The notes below the pieces were generated by a model that was not told the DNA's origin, did not search any database, and was given only the letters and a program-made list of their open reading frames with translations. A program made the translations under genes and the position numbers. From assembly GCA_964016885.1 (NCBI GenBank), contig OZ024741.1, forward strand, positions 133,362,001 through 133,426,000: DNA of 64,000 nucleotides, in the 5' to 3' direction. Origin of the DNA: Eledone cirrhosa (lineage: Eukaryota). Positions 26,058 to 42,302 of this stretch are shown here, piece by piece (within the stretch, counting starts at the first letter, position 1; every line of letters begins with the position of its first letter).

Positions 26058-27699
26058 TTATTTTCACCTCACCTAACGGATTATGAGGAGTGCTGGTCTA
26101 AGCACACCCTATCATTCTAACAAAAACACGTTATATAACGCAGTCTGAAGTATACGATATCTAAAAGAAAGAACAGCTGGAACATCTCTGATCGTAGTTT
26201 AACACAACTAGACCTAATTTAATACCTGAACAATATTCACGTCAGTAATAACAACTGTCTCAAATCACGTGGTGGATCAAACGAGATAATGGTTTCTAGT
26301 TTAGACACAAGACCAATAATCTTGGGAAGGGGAAAGTCGATTAAATCGACCTCAGTACTTTACTGGTACTTTCCACAAGTTATTATGCTAACCTGCAATA
26401 CAGCTGATAGACTGCTATTTATTTATTTTTTTCATCAAAATGAATACACATATAAGTGGGATATGTGAATTAATACAAAAGGTAGGCAGACAAATTTTCT
26501 GTTACAAATTCTTCATAATTAATCACGAAAACTTTTCTGCCGTGGACCATAGAAAAGTAGTTTGCGGGTCGCATGTTCGAGAGCCCTACTTTATATAGTG
26601 TATGATAGGGTAATGGCTTCTAATTTAGGCACAACTCCAACGAATTGGGGGTGGGAGGAAAACGATTAAAAACAACAAAAACAAACAAACTAAAAAAAAC
26701 CCATAAAATGGTCACAGCTGTATATTTTATTGACCCAGGAAAGATGAAAGTCAAAGATGACCTCGGCGGCATTTGAACACAGAACATAGGGAAACCGCAG
26801 TATTTGGGTCAATTTAATCAACTTTCCCTTCCCCTTAAATCAGAAACTATTACATATATCAGGTTGATTTTAAATAACATTGGGAACATTTGAAATTTGA
26901 AATGTAATCATTTCAAACCATTATATGTTTACTTGATCACAGCTGAATTAGTGCGCTACTACAACTACTACTACTACTGCTGTGGCTATTATTACTTTTA
27001 TTACTACTACTGCTGTGGCTATTATTACTTTTATTACTACCACTGCTATTACTACTACAACCAGCTGCTGTTCAATCCTATTGTATGCCATATTTAGGAA
27101 GTATATTTACCATAGCCATGGGTTGATGCAAGTTTTATCAGTGAACTTGGTTATGTGGAAATTATGTGAAAGTCCATTGGATGGATTGTACTTGTAACAC
27201 CAAGATCGAGCCTTTTCACATATTGTATCATATTAGTTCTTTTGCTTCTTTCCCTTTCTTTTTGATGTTTCGTTTAAATATTAGTTTTTAATTGTAAATA
27301 TTATTAAATACTCCCCATCCCGTAGGGGTGCCGTATTGACATACGGCGTTTCTGGAGCATTTTAAAACCTGGCGGAACTCGTCTCCTCTTCAAGTCTGAA
27401 TACAGTAGATTTCTTCCAGACAAGGATAGTTAGTGAGAAAATGGAAGCGAGAAAGAGATATAGAGGAAGAATCGACACCAGTACTAGACTAGTACATTTT
27501 TTTTATCGATCTCGAATAGTTGAAAGGCAAAGTTGACCTTAGCGGGATTTGAAGTCAAAGAGCAGAGAGCCGGAACGAATACCACAAGGCATTCTATCCG
27601 ACGTTCTAACGGGTCTGCTAATTCACAGCCTTTTATTAAATATAGTCACCTAGTTTTAAAGAAATAACTTCATTGAAATTTATTAAATGATTTGACCTA

Positions 27700-28445
27700 T
27701 ACGATCAGCGCGATGGGATAGCTGTAGCGGGGTGATAGTGATAGAGAACTGTAATAGTGGGAGTGGTGGATGTGAATAAAGAGGCTGCCGGGGGAAAGCG
27801 ACAGTTAATAAATAAGGTTTGGTAGCCTGCGCAGTGCACTCTACATGTGAATGGAGTTCCACTGAAGTAGGTGGATAAGTTCAAGTATCTCGGGGTCGTG
27901 TTCATGAGTGAATGAAGACAGGAGGCTGAAGTAAGTGCAATAATTGTAATAGTGCGTCAGCGTCAGCTTTCGGTAAACAGAAGCCGAACTCGCTATCTTC
28001 AACTCGGTAATAGTGCCAACCCTTACCTAGGGTCATGAATCTTGAGCAGTGACCGAAAGAATACGATCGCGAATACAAGTGGTCGAAATGGGGTTCTTCC
28101 GAAGAGTCTTTGGAGTAACGTTACTCGATAGAGTACGTAGCTTTAAGATAAGAAAGTCGCTTCAGGTAGAGTCGCTACTTCCCCGAATTGAGAGATCACA
28201 GCTCCGGTACTATGGGCATGTGATTAGAATGTCCCAGGGAAGAATCGCTGGACAGATTTTATGGGTAAAACTAACCAGCAGGAGACCCAGGGGTAGACTC
28301 CAAACAAGATGGTTGAATAACATCCATGAGCTTGGCTGGTCACGCTTGGGGATCCAGCCGGATAGTTGGAGTCGGTTGCTTCTGACAGGACCCGCTGGAG
28401 GGAGTGTTTGAGGACTCTTCCCCCCACGACCCTCTCAAGAATAAA
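27700..28445 (+). mobile_element. Degenerate RTE-clade LINE 3' fragment
   Basis: VDKFKYLGV, then ORF 28049-28411 EMGFFRRVFGVTLLDRVRS...IERSQLRYYGHVIRM...RPRGR..RW. Confidence 0.8.
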
Positions 28446-28654
28446 TGGGCGAAGAAGAAGAAGAATAAAGTTTCGTATTGGATATGCAAATGAAGAATCA
28501 ACAGCAGTTATGGTCGATGTGGTACGTAAGGATCCATAACTCATGATAGAGTCATAGAGGCGCTGTATTGACGTTCAGCATGTCTTGGGCATTTTTGAAC
28601 CTGGTGGAGCTTATCCTCTCTCTATGTTTATAACACAGCCGAATTCTTCGATAA

Positions 28655-28656
<2 letters not shown>

Positions 28657-28738
<82 letters not shown>
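28657..28738. repeat. (GA)n microsatellite
   Basis: Directly visible. Confidence 0.95.
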
Positions 28739-28742
<4 letters not shown>

Positions 28743-30595
28743 GATTAGAAGAAGAACTGACCCCAGTACTAGACTGGCACTTTTTTATCGACCTTAAAAG
28801 GGTGAAAGGTAATGTTGATCTCAGCAGGATTTGAATACGAAGCGCAGAGTGCCTGTGATGTTTTTTTGCGACAAATGTCAATTAATGTATGTGTTGACAA
28901 CTTTTCTTAGTTCTCTCACACAGATACTGCGGGTATATAACGCTAAAATATTTGTCTCACGTCACATTAACGTACTGAACATTACGAGTGCCTCACATAC
29001 CTCTAACACTTGTCCAATCATTCAAAATAGTAGTTCTTGTTTTAACGATCACAGAAAGGCGAAGTTTGTGTATCGTCTTCAGTCCGTGTATGTGCTACTT
29101 ATTCCATATTATCTCTGTCTGTTTCCTTATTAAGACAAGTTGACGCGATATGGCCGAATGGTTAAGGTGTTCGTTTCGCAATCATTACGTCCTGGTTCAA
29201 TCCCACTGCGTGACATTTTGAGAAAGTGTCTTTTACCATAGCTATACCTCGTTAATGAAATTAGGTAGACCGTCGGATGAACTGTACCTGTAATTCAAAG
29301 TGCCAGCCTTATCACACACGGTGTCAGGTTGAATCTCCTTAAAAATCAACGTTACGGGTATGCGCATCTGTGGAATGCCCAGCCACTTGCACGCTAATTT
29401 TCAGTTGACCGAACAGCTGAAACACTCATCGTCGAAGCCGTTCTTATTAGAGGTTCCATCGTCGTATTGGTGATGGTGAAGATGATTGTGGTGATACTGA
29501 TCATGTTTAGACCCCAGAATTATGATGAAAAATTTCAAACCATGGTAAAACTGTCTTTTTTTCAGGAATGGAATACACCTGACTACATTATCTAATGCTT
29601 CCCCCACTTTTTTAAGACGTTGTTTGTGGAAGATTCCTCTTTCTAAGTCGACCGACTACATAAAGACCCTTTGTGTATGGTAAGAAGGATGAGTAATACT
29701 TATTAATAGTAGTTTAGCTCCAGCTCAGCCCTGGTTGAGCAGACCAATGATCAAAGGCGTTCCGGTTGTGAACAACCTGCCTTTTTATATATTATGACCA
29801 TATAGGACATAGTATTCCTCGTTTTAAAATACAATGAGGCATACTTTGAGGGAGGTTTGACTACTATTTCTAGCATATCGAGCCTATTGGTGCCTTCGTA
29901 GGGGGTGATGACGAGAAATGAAATATATGATGGGAACAATGAACGGATGATAATTATAGGTTGTGTAAATGTATATATTGTCTGTGTAATGCGTGTGTGT
30001 CTATGTGGCCGGTTGGCCGACATTGCAAGAGAGTAAATAGCTAAAAAGGAAGACAGAAAAGTAAATTGAAAAAAAGCTAATATCTACAGAGAGAAAAAAA
30101 AAGAATGTGAATGAACGAAATCAGCAGTGAAATCTAATATAGCCTTGACTGGCAAAATTATGAGCAGATGCGAGAAATGGGATGAGGAAATGGACGAGGT
30201 AATAAAGACATACAGAGAGGCTGGTGAAGTAAATGGAGAAAGAAAAAGAGTGTGTGGGTGATGGCGACAGAGGGAGAAAGAGAAAGAGCGAGGTGGGTGA
30301 TAGAGACAGAGAGACAGAGAAACAAAGAGAGTGAAGTGAATGTTAGTGACAGAGAGACAAAAAGCAAGAGAGTGAGGCGGGTAATGGGGACAGAGAGAGA
30401 GAAAGAAAGAAGTGGGTGATGACGACAGAAAGAGAGATTGAGAGCGTGATAGTCATGTAAATAGTAAGAGACAGAAGTGTGTGATATTGAGAGTAAGAAA
30501 GAGGGAAAGGGAGAGAAAAAGCTAAGTAGGAGATGGAGACTAAAAGATAGAGATATAATAAATGGTGGTCGGAGGGGGGGGGGGAGATTAGCTAC

Positions 30596-30765
30596 TATAT
30601 AAACGAGGGGCTCGAGCATTTACAGCAGTCTTCTCCTAACTCACGAAAGATACCTCAAATCTGTGTGAGTGGCAACGTGCTTTCATTTCCCACCCTAAAA
30701 AAAACGAAAACTTTTTCAACTCTTTCACTTGCTTTGTTCAATTGAAAACCCATCAAATCATCATG
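30596..30765 (+). promoter_or_regulatory. Promoter and exon 1 (5'UTR plus ATG only) of alpha-tubulin gene 2
   Basis: TATATAAA at 30596-30603, Inr-like CAGTC near 30626, then atcatcATG|gtaagt (ATG 30763-30765). The 5'UTR shares a motif with gene 1 exon 1. Confidence 0.85.
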
Positions 30766-33700
30766 GTAAGTTATTGTAACAATAATAGCTGTCTTTAATT
30801 ATTGCTATTTATCTCAGTTTTAATGGCTTTCACCCTATATTTTTACAACTATTAAATTGTTCCGTCTTTATTATAATTATAAAATCTGTTTCAGCCTTAG
30901 GTTACCTCCTTATTTTAACGTTCGCTTTCTCACGCTTGCATGTGTTGGACGAATCTTCTACAATACAGCTTTTTTCCACTTATCGCATTCCTTCAGCATT
31001 TCTATGGTTCGCTCTCATCACTTCTATCCAGTTTTCCACTTTTGTAGCTTTCCACTAAGTACTTCCCTCAACAATCGTCACCCGTCGCATCAGCGTAATT
31101 TCTCTTGTACACATCTAATTCCCGTCATGTCTAGTTTTTAATTCATGTCATTTGTTCAAGTACACTAATACTTATTTAGCTGAGCATGCCTGCTTCATTT
31201 CTTTCTAATCGTCGCACATCATTTGCCTATATCTCATTACCATGCAACAGCGGACTTTGGTACTGAAGCATAAGCAGATTTTACGGACTTTCTTCTTATG
31301 GAATGGACAACAATGACTGAGAATTAAACTGCGATTAATCCCCACCTGCATATTGAGGTTCTCTCTGAACTCTTGATTTTTACTTGACTTTCATCGCTCT
31401 CGCAAGCCACACACCAGACATCACATCAGGCAACTTTCTCCAGATGAACGAAAGCTTGAAACCTGTAATTGTCTCATTAAGATAGAGGGGCATCGATAGT
31501 ACTGACTTGGCAGAAAACCAAACTGCATCACATCTAATCTCATATTAATTAGTGCTTTCATAACTCCCATCCATCAGTTTAATGCCTCTCTAATAGCTCT
31601 TTTCTAGAGCATCATCTTTTCCCTTGTAGCAATTAATTATATTGCTACACCAGTCATTGGTAGTGTATGATGCCATTTATCAACAGCATCTCGACAACTC
31701 TCTGATAGTCCGGCAGTTTTTATCCTGCACCACGCTTATAAATCTGAAAATATTTCGTAGGTGACTTTTCCCCTCCCCTTTTGAACGTCATCTTTGTATA
31801 CTTTTTATCCGTCTTTTTTAAATAGTGATTTTTGCGTAAACCTTTTTTTTTTTCTTTTGTAATTTTTCGACTCATCCCACCAAGCTTAACAGATTACTCT
31901 GTAAGTTTCGGAAGAAGCAACCTTGCGGAAAATTTAAATTGTAACAATACCTTTTTAAAAAAAAAAAATCGTAATTGAAAATGTATTTTTTGAAAGGTCA
32001 AAAACGAAACAGTTATGTCTGGTTTCGTACTCCAAAACGAAGTGTTGGCATAAAATGAAAAACTGAATTTTTTTTTCTCCCGAATCACTATTTCTAATGC
32101 AAATCCCCTTCAAAACTATGGGCTGCTGGCTTTGGAATAGCAGATTTACTCGACTGCCTTTCTTCCTCAAATTTTTGGGCTTATCCCTAATGTTAGGAAC
32201 ATTACAGACACATTCATTCTACTCTATCGAAAGTAGAAATGATTTATCTACGCAGAATATGAACTGTTCAGTCAATTTCACTATTGAAGATTTTATTCTT
32301 TAATGCCTTTAAAAAAGCAGTCTTTGGATTTTCGTTTGAAATATAAATTCTGAATCTGGATTTTTTTTTTTTTTTTTTTTTTTTTAAAGAAAATGAAAAC
32401 TTTTGTATAATTTTGTTAACATGAAAGCGCTTTGAATTTTTTTTTACTTACTAAAAATGCAAAACTCTTTTAGTTTCAATAAAAAATATAATATATTTAA
32501 ACACTTGTATATCCCTAGCACTAATGAAATTATGGTTTTAAAAAAATATAAAGATCGGATTCTGAATCTCCGAAGTTTAAAATCAAAATCGGAAAAAACG
32601 TTTTTATATGTAAAATAGTGTAGGGATTTAATTTTACAACCAAACACCCATTCAACCAACTGCCTTTTTTTAACTCGTAGAAAATGCTAAGTCATCAGAT
32701 TCCATTAGAATTCTAACGCCACTGTGCTTTTAACATTGTCCATATATATAACGAAGCCCTACGGAATCTTACATTCGCTCTCCTTGGCTTGCCGTTTTTA
32801 GTTCCAACATTTTCTGCTGTACTCTCATTCTCCGAAGAATTTATTCCGAACATTTTCCGAGGATGTTTAACGACGGGGTGGGTAGGAGAACCCTGAAAAA
32901 TGATCTCCTCTGATTCAGCTTCAAACCACACCTCACTATCTTAAACGAATGATGCAATCTAGATTGTAGCCTTTAGTACTATCTGAAAATAGGATAGTTA
33001 CACCGTGATTTATCAACCAAATCTTTTAAACAATTTCTCGCAAGGCATGAATAGAAGCCTTGGCGCAAGAGGATGGAATGCCGAACTACTAGTAATATAG
33101 TAGAAATACCTTATTTTCGACTATTAGCGTTGCGATAAAAAAAAACCAAAGAATCTATATTAAACACAGTTTTAGCATTATAATTTCTAATCATTTATTG
33201 GGTGTTATGAATACCGGCAATGAATCACCGTTACTACCTACTTAAATTTTAAAAACGTGTGTAACGACTTCCTATGTATTAGGAAGAGCTATTTCAAAGC
33301 ACTTGCCCTAAATACCATTCTGTTCATTGTAACTATTACCCATCCTTTCTTCCCTCTTCCCTTCTCTACACATCACTTTTAGTAAAACTTCTTTCTTCTA
33401 TAATTTTTTTGAAGAAAACACACACACTGTATGATTCATCCAAATTGTTATTCGTATTGCCTGAAAGTTAGATTTTTTTTTATTTTTTTCATTTTATACG
33501 CTAGCTATACTCATTCTCGGTCTTATAGCTTTTGACTATCTGGAATGATGTAGTAATTTAAATGACGGAGTTTCCCTCATTCTCGAATGAACTCGAAACA
33601 CCGTTATTTCAGTAGCTCAAGCGAATTTTCTTTATTACTATCAACATTTAATTCTGGATTTTTGTCGGTATTTCAGTTTTACGTTGCTGAGTAAATTATA

Positions 33701-33913
33701 TGTACATGCATATATCCTTTGGGGGCAATACTATGCATATAATTAACATATATATAAGGCGTGAATAATACATAACAGCAAGGCTTAATTCGAATTTGTA
33801 CTTAGTATGTAATAGGGATCAATCGTGTCAAATGGTTTGCTAGAGTTGATTAACTTTCGCGCTTTTAAAGTAAACAAAAAAACATTTTGTCTATTCGTCA
33901 TAAGAAAATGGGG

Positions 33914-34225
33914 CACTACCATGCTATTAGCTGTCAGAAGTGAAAGTTTCGTTATTTTAATAAAACATATCGATGTAAGTGGAGTTACTTAAATGAAAAT
34001 ATAGGTGGCCCTTAAAAGGGCCAAATTAGAAAACAAGTAATGGTTATCAAATAAATTGGATTTAATCATTTATATTATCATAGACATGGTTATCAATGTA
34101 GAAAACAAGTCACTTACATTGATATGCTTTATTAAAATAACGCGTGGTAATACGGAAATAAACGATGTTTACAATTGAGAAGGTTGACGAAACTTTCACT
34201 TCTGACAGCTAATAGCATGGTAGTG
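33914..34225. mobile_element. MITE with 39-bp perfect TIRs, in intron 1 of tubulin gene 2
   Basis: CACTACCATGCTATTAGCTGTCAGAAGTGAAAGTTTCGT at the left end and its reverse complement ending at 34225. Superfamily uncertain; no clear TSD. Confidence 0.8.
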
Positions 34226-36183
34226 TCGAAAAGGCAAAAATGGATATAATTTATTGGGAGTGGTGTCAAGAAACCCAAGATTTTAAAGTTTACTTGAAGC
34301 AGCAAAGATTTTGAGATAATTATAAATACCAGTGTTTTTGGAAACCGCGCAGCAGACAGCGCTGTTTTAAACGCCCGCCTTTTACTACCACACCTCGTTT
34401 TTAGTCTTATTGAGCCAACAGGAGTCTGTGACCACTTTATCTGCAAGAAATCCCTCAAATCATATTCTTTCATTTTAAGGGTTCGTTGGTCACTAGTCCG
34501 TCTATTATTTCGCGCCGTCCCTACTACTGGTAGCTTTAAAACTGACACAGGATGGGGTGTGATGGAGCAACAATCCGTTGTCGCTTTATATACTTAAAAT
34601 CGTTTCTCTATACGTTAGCACATGTATTCTTTCACGAATAATTAGCCCTATAAGTTCAGCCGTCACCCATTATTTCAAGATTGGTGTAGTGGCAACTGCT
34701 TATAACTTCAGTAGCTATTACTATATATATTTTACAGCGTGTGAGAGAATCGGATGAGAATAGTGTGACACGTCAGTTGTTTTTAGACGAATAAACATTC
34801 AGAAAGCTTAATACTTTAAAAGAAGGAGTGCACCACCTTCTAGTGCTTTGTTACTGAGTAACGACGTACAAAAACTACTATTATTTATAATCATTAATAA
34901 AGTACCAGTAATGCACTGGGTAATTGCTGGCCTTGTGCCTAAAGTAGAAACAATTATTTATAATCATTAAAAAAAATAAGTAATTGGATAAAAAAAATAA
35001 ATAGTTGAACAAAGGCGGGTGAAGACTGCTACAACGGAAGAGGCGGGCTTCCCTCTAATATTTGAGTCCAGCTAAGGCACTCGTGGCATTGCCGCGGTTG
35101 TTAGTGAGGCAAAGAATGGAATAACTAAGCACCTGATAATTTAGTCAAGCTAGCCATAACAAGAACCTCATTGTCAGCGGTCAAGTTCCCTTGAACATTA
35201 CAGGCAGAAAATCTGGCTGCTTTTAGAGTTGAGGAGTTATTGAATCTAGCTGGACCTACTTATTAGGTTCAATTCAGTATGATGAGCGAAGGGCAGACTA
35301 TTCATAACCCATGTTGGAGTTAAGGCCTTTCCATATCGTCATGAAAATTTCCTTCATAAACCAATCCCCAATTTAGTGAAACCTAACTTTAATAAATGAT
35401 TAATACGATCAATTTTGTATTGTAAGGGGTGTGGCTAGAGGTTATTCTCATGATGGTTCGTTTAATTTCTGTATCCCTAGTTTAGCCCCAGGTCTGCCTT
35501 GATCTTTTCGTCTTTTTCCCATAGTATATATCCAAGCTTACCCAATGTGTCCTTGTCGGTCGTTTACCAAGCTCAGATATTTTGATAATGCCAGAGACTG
35601 GCTTTTTCATCTGAACCACTCTTTCTATAGAATATTAGAGAAGTGAGCAGTTAGTTAAAAATAATTTCGAAGTAATTGTCATTAAAGCAAATGAGAAATA
35701 GCATCTTGGGCATACCTCTCTAGGTCTGAATACAGCCTATTTCTCCCTGAGAGGAATCAGAAACCATTATTGGACTGGTGCTCCATTTATCAATCTTGGA
35801 AGGATGGATGGCAAAGCTGGCCTGGATTTAAACTCAAGGCAGGAACAGATACTGCATAGCATTCCATTTGACAATAGTTAAAAGGATGTTTTTTTTTATT
35901 TGATGTTTAACTCAAAAATATCCTTGTAGTCAGAATAGACTATTGTAAATGAATGACAGTATCTCAGTTTCAGACTCCGCACAGCTGTTTATGTTCAAAC
36001 CATAAGATTTAAGAAGTTTACAACATAGATTGACTGCATTTCAATTGATAAATTTTTCACTATTGTTTTTGTTGGTTGAGCAACTGTGTATAGCCCCTCA
36101 CTCCATTGTCTGTATTGTGTTACCATATGGAATTATAGCTATCCTCTAGTTGCTCTACTTAATGATAGTTTTTCATAAAATAA

Positions 36184-37692
<1,509 letters not shown>

Positions 37693-39401
37693 ATATTTTG
37701 AACATAGCTGCAAAAAATATCAGCTACAAATAAAAACAAATAACTACAAATAAAATCAAAAGTATCATCTACAAATATTTTTTCTTTTTATTTGATATAC
37801 AATATATTATTTCTAAACTAATATGTAAATAGACAGTAGCTTACTATAATAATTGCTCCGTGTTAAGATATTGTGTAATACTAATATGGTATTTCTACTA
37901 TAAGGGTAAGATTTATTGGAGAAAAAAATGTTCTATTTCAAGCATGTTGACGAAAGATTTAGCTGTGATAGCATCATATAGTAGATATGTTAACTGGAAC
38001 TGGAGAAATCTATAGGATGTGGTGGTAATAGTGAGATTTTTTATTTTTTTATCTTAACGATTTTTTTTTTTTTTAGGCACCTATTGATTTGATAATGCAC
38101 TCTTCTGCTTACGGGGTGAACCTATATGGACGTATATAGTCTGCTGTTAAGATCAGGACTAGCAATCTGTTCTGTTTGGTATCTAACCGTTTCTATATCA
38201 ACCTGCTCGAAATTGCCTCTATGGAACAGAATACCCATTTTAAAGGGATTCTATTCTACAAGTTTTGGAAGACCACGAAAAGGGGTCAAGGGCACTGACC
38301 AAACGTCAAAAAGGGAAAATATCTGAAAGTGGACGCTCTACCAATAGATATAGTGTTCCTGAAAACAATGGGACTGGGATCTGACGTTATTTTGTTTTTA
38401 CTGTTATGGTCTATTATGTAAAATGTTTTACAAAATGGATACAGATTAATCCCAGTTCATCGCTCAATATGTATGAACATTGGCGTCTCTAGTCCTAGAA
38501 AGGGTGATCTGTGTGAGTTTGAAGATGAACCATGTATCTGATATAATAGCTACAACTGAACACTGGCCTCAGAGAAAAAAACATTTGCATTACAGTGAAA
38601 TGATATATTAACACCAATGGTCATCCAATTGAGTTTGATTGATCACTTTATAAATGCTCTAGGTAGATAGATATTTTAGCTACATATGCTGAACATACGT
38701 GTGAAAACATTCCTTAGGAGCTATAAGGCCGATAACTGCTGTAAGAATTACTATCTTTTTTTTTTTTTTTTGTAAAGCTAGCTGTAAAAATGAACAAACT
38801 CCATTAGCTTTTTATTTGAATAATTCCTCGGTGAGGAACGGGATGAACGATTTCATAAAAAAAAAACTACGTCTAACGTGAATATAGATATATGTAAAAT
38901 CCCGACCACGGCACCGAGTGGTATATATATATATATATGTTTTAGAACCAGTGTTCTCAATATAACCGAAAGAGGGTCTAATATTAAGTTACCAAAATTG
39001 TGCGTCCTCAGTGAAAGGTAGTTTGGTATGACACGTCATTTGTTTTAAATAACCAAAAGACGTTCACGAAGCATTACGTTCCCAGAAAAAACTACTCATG
39101 CAATCTTTGATTTTTCTTAGCGAGTTTAATGTACAAAAACTCGAAATTATATTAAACCCTTTCGTTACCATTTTTTATTGCTTGTGATTTTCAAATAATT
39201 TTGAAAATCAAGAAGTTCGAGGAATTGAGTAATATAACTCATTTCTTAAGTTGGTTGGAACAACTTACACAAAATTATGATTGAAGTCTTGTACGACCCA
39301 AAAGCATCCTATTAAGGGGATAGTGTTCTCAGCAGATACTGTAAAGTGGTTGTCATTAGGAAGGGCAAGTAACTACTAACCAAGCCCAAAACAAGTTTGT
39401 A

Positions 39402-39675
39402 CAAGTTCACAATCTCTTCTCCGAAAACCTTGGGACCAGACACTTCGGAATGAAGGATTTTTAGTGTAGTTTTTAAAGTTTATTAGATGAAACATTATAG
39501 GGGACTAAAACAAAAAAAACTTCTGTGAGCAGTAGAGGCGACGTGCGTCTGACTGGTAGGAGCACTGAGACAACTGCGGGTCAAGTTTGGCGGCAAACGT
39601 TAGCTTTGGTGTGCAGACGACATCCTAGAAAAAATGTTCCGTTTTCGGAATTTCGGATAAAAGATTGCGAACCTG
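39402..39675. mobile_element. Tigger-like MITE
   Basis: Imperfect 25-bp TIRs CAAGTTCACAATCTCTTCTCCGAAA / reverse complement CAGGTTCGCAATCTTTTATCCGAAA; TA on the left. Confidence 0.6.
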
Positions 39676-39680
39676 TTTTG

Positions 39681-39897
39681 CAGGTATGGGCAACTTTTTC
39701 GAGAAGCAGACCGCATGAGATATGGCTCATCAGGCGGGTCGCAAGCGCTAATTTACATTTGTTTCTTCAGAATTCCTACACCTTGTTTTCCTCGATCGTA
39801 AAAATAATAGAAAGAGTAAAAAATCAGAAAGATTTCACTTCGATGACTTAGGCGAGCCATTCAGAAAGCTTCGCGGGCCGTAGGTTGCCCATGACTA
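39681..39897. mobile_element. hAT-like MITE
   Basis: CAGGTATGGGCAAC ... gcgggccgtagGTTGCCCATGACTA termini. Confidence 0.5.
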
Positions 39898-40229
39898 CTG
39901 AATTGCAAAACATTTTATGCCAACCAATTCTGTAGAAAAATTTGCATTTTCCAAGGGAGAAAACTTTAAAATTAGTGGTTTTGTTACCTCCCTGAACACC
40001 CAAAGCCAGTTATTCTCAGTTCGCGAAGACACTTAGAAACGCCTATCATAATCTATAATGCTCACCCGATCAAGTTAGTCTCCTTAGCCCGATAAATACA
40101 TTTCAATAATAGGTTTTTGTACTTCCTGTTGAAATTTGATACCCATCCCCACGATCTCACAAGATGTTGAGGTCCTAAGCAAGTAAGCTATATATATATA
40201 TATATTACGACCGATAATAAGAATGTCGG

Positions 40230-40835
40230 TACTACAACGCATTGGCTGTCAGAAGTGAAAGTAGAAGAATGTGACGTCATTCGTCAACCTTCGTTTATTT
40301 CAGTATCACCACCATGCAAAACTTGGTTTTTCACTTTGGGATAATACACGTATTTGCAACTGGAAAAATATGAATTCTACATTATACCCCAGCGTAATAC
40401 TAATTCCTTTCTTTCTGTGTTCGTGGCAGTTGAGTATCAACCATCCATAAATAATTTTTACCCGCTAAGAATCTCAATGGGGAAAATTTTCTTCAATTTC
40501 TGCCAGTATTACAAAACAAGGTTATCTTGTAGTTAAATTGTTTTTTTTTAAAAGAAAGTCGGTAGTGTCGGCCCTATGAACTTCATTTGTTTTCTAATTT
40601 GATAACTATGACTATGAAATAAAACGCGTGGTGATTCGAAAACAAATCGATTTCGCTAAACGTAAACATAAATAAGTTGCAAATACGTGTATTATCCCAA
40701 AGTGAAAAACCAAGTTTTGCATCAACGTGGTGATTTCAAAGTTTATTTATTTACACATGGTGGTGGTGGTGATACGGAAATAAACGAAGGTTGACGAATG
40801 ACGTCATATTCTTCTACTTTCACTTCTGTAGTGCC
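40230..40835. mobile_element. MITE with long interrupted TIRs, related to 33914-34225
   Basis: 40250-40360 is inverted at 40676-40828; shares ctgtcagaagtgaaagt with the 33914 element. Confidence 0.75.
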
Positions 40836-42302
40836 AGAATGTCCAGTCTAAAAAAACCTTTATTTTCGGACAAGCGCCATATCACCTGTAATTCCAGCCC
40901 TAGGAATAAATACGAGCATATATTATAAGAACGTATAAGAACAATTGACATATACTTAAATATATCAAACATTAGCAGGAGAAAATTTGTAAAACGTGTA
41001 AGAACATATATCTAATTCCAAAAGGTAGCATATTTAAAATGTAAATACCTAGATTTCAGCATCCTTGCATATACATTTTATTATTGCTTAAGAATATGTT
41101 TCATGAATTAAATAGGTGAGTTCAATAGTCGATCATCACTGCAAGGTTAATTGATTATATGAACTCACAACCACTAAATACACATCCAGAACTGACGAAA
41201 ACACGCACATAGTTAAAATCACTCCCTCTAATCGTTGTCCCCGTGAGGTGCAAGAAATATTGATAGCTAGAAATAGCAGCCAAAATCTTTCCACTATATC
41301 AGCTCTATTAAAATATATTTAGGAGCGAATATATAACTGGCGAATCTCGCGAGGGCGCTTGGTTGTTCCAGCGCATTAACCTCGCCATCACCCGAGGCAA
41401 CGCTGCGAGTGTGCTGGCTTGCCTCAAAAATCATTAGAGAGGTTGCCCGGTACTCCTCGCGACGTTGCTGTCTTTTGCTCTGGTGTTGTTCACCCCTTCC
41501 TTTACATTTTCTTTAATATTGTAACACTGAAAGAATATATCTTTCTGAAAGAATCGCGAGCAATTTATAATGTTATTTAAGCATTTGTAATGTTATTTAT
41601 GTATATATTTATTTATATGCTCTGTATAATAAAAATATTATCTGTTTTTAGGAGCATATTTATATTACTAACAATAATAAGAATGTCAAGTCTAAAAAAG
41701 AGTTTTTTTCAGACAAGCGGAAAAAAAAATTATATGTGTGTGTATGTATGTATACACACACACACACACATATATAATATAACATTAGTTGAATATAAAT
41801 GTATCATCTAAACATATATACATATTACCCTATAGGGTTGAAGGCCATCTACAGTAATTTGGGTCAAAATCCCACATAAATTACCACATCATTTTACCAT
41901 GAAAGGCATCGAAAGAGTCAACTTCTGGTCCCCCCCCCCCCCCCGTTTAGAATAGCACAGAATAGACCCCCATTCAGCTTTGTTAATCTTATTAATCTTA
42001 CCCATCTTTTGTGAAACAGACTAAAAGACAAAACTTCCTTCTCTGCTGCTACCTTCATTTTTCAAGTTGATGAGTTTGGCCAGAGAAGAAAATACAAGTA
42101 GCAATGGGCAACCATGTTAAACACTTTAGTCTGTTTTAGATTGACCAGTGTTCTGCCAAGACTATGTCTATTCATGACTCATCTTATGAGGTGGAGGTTA
42201 TCAAGAATAGACCTGCCATGGATTGTACAGGTATGTACATCTTCGATTATACTACCATTGACAAGAACCATCATCTTGGTGAGCACCTTTGCCAATACTA
42301 AT

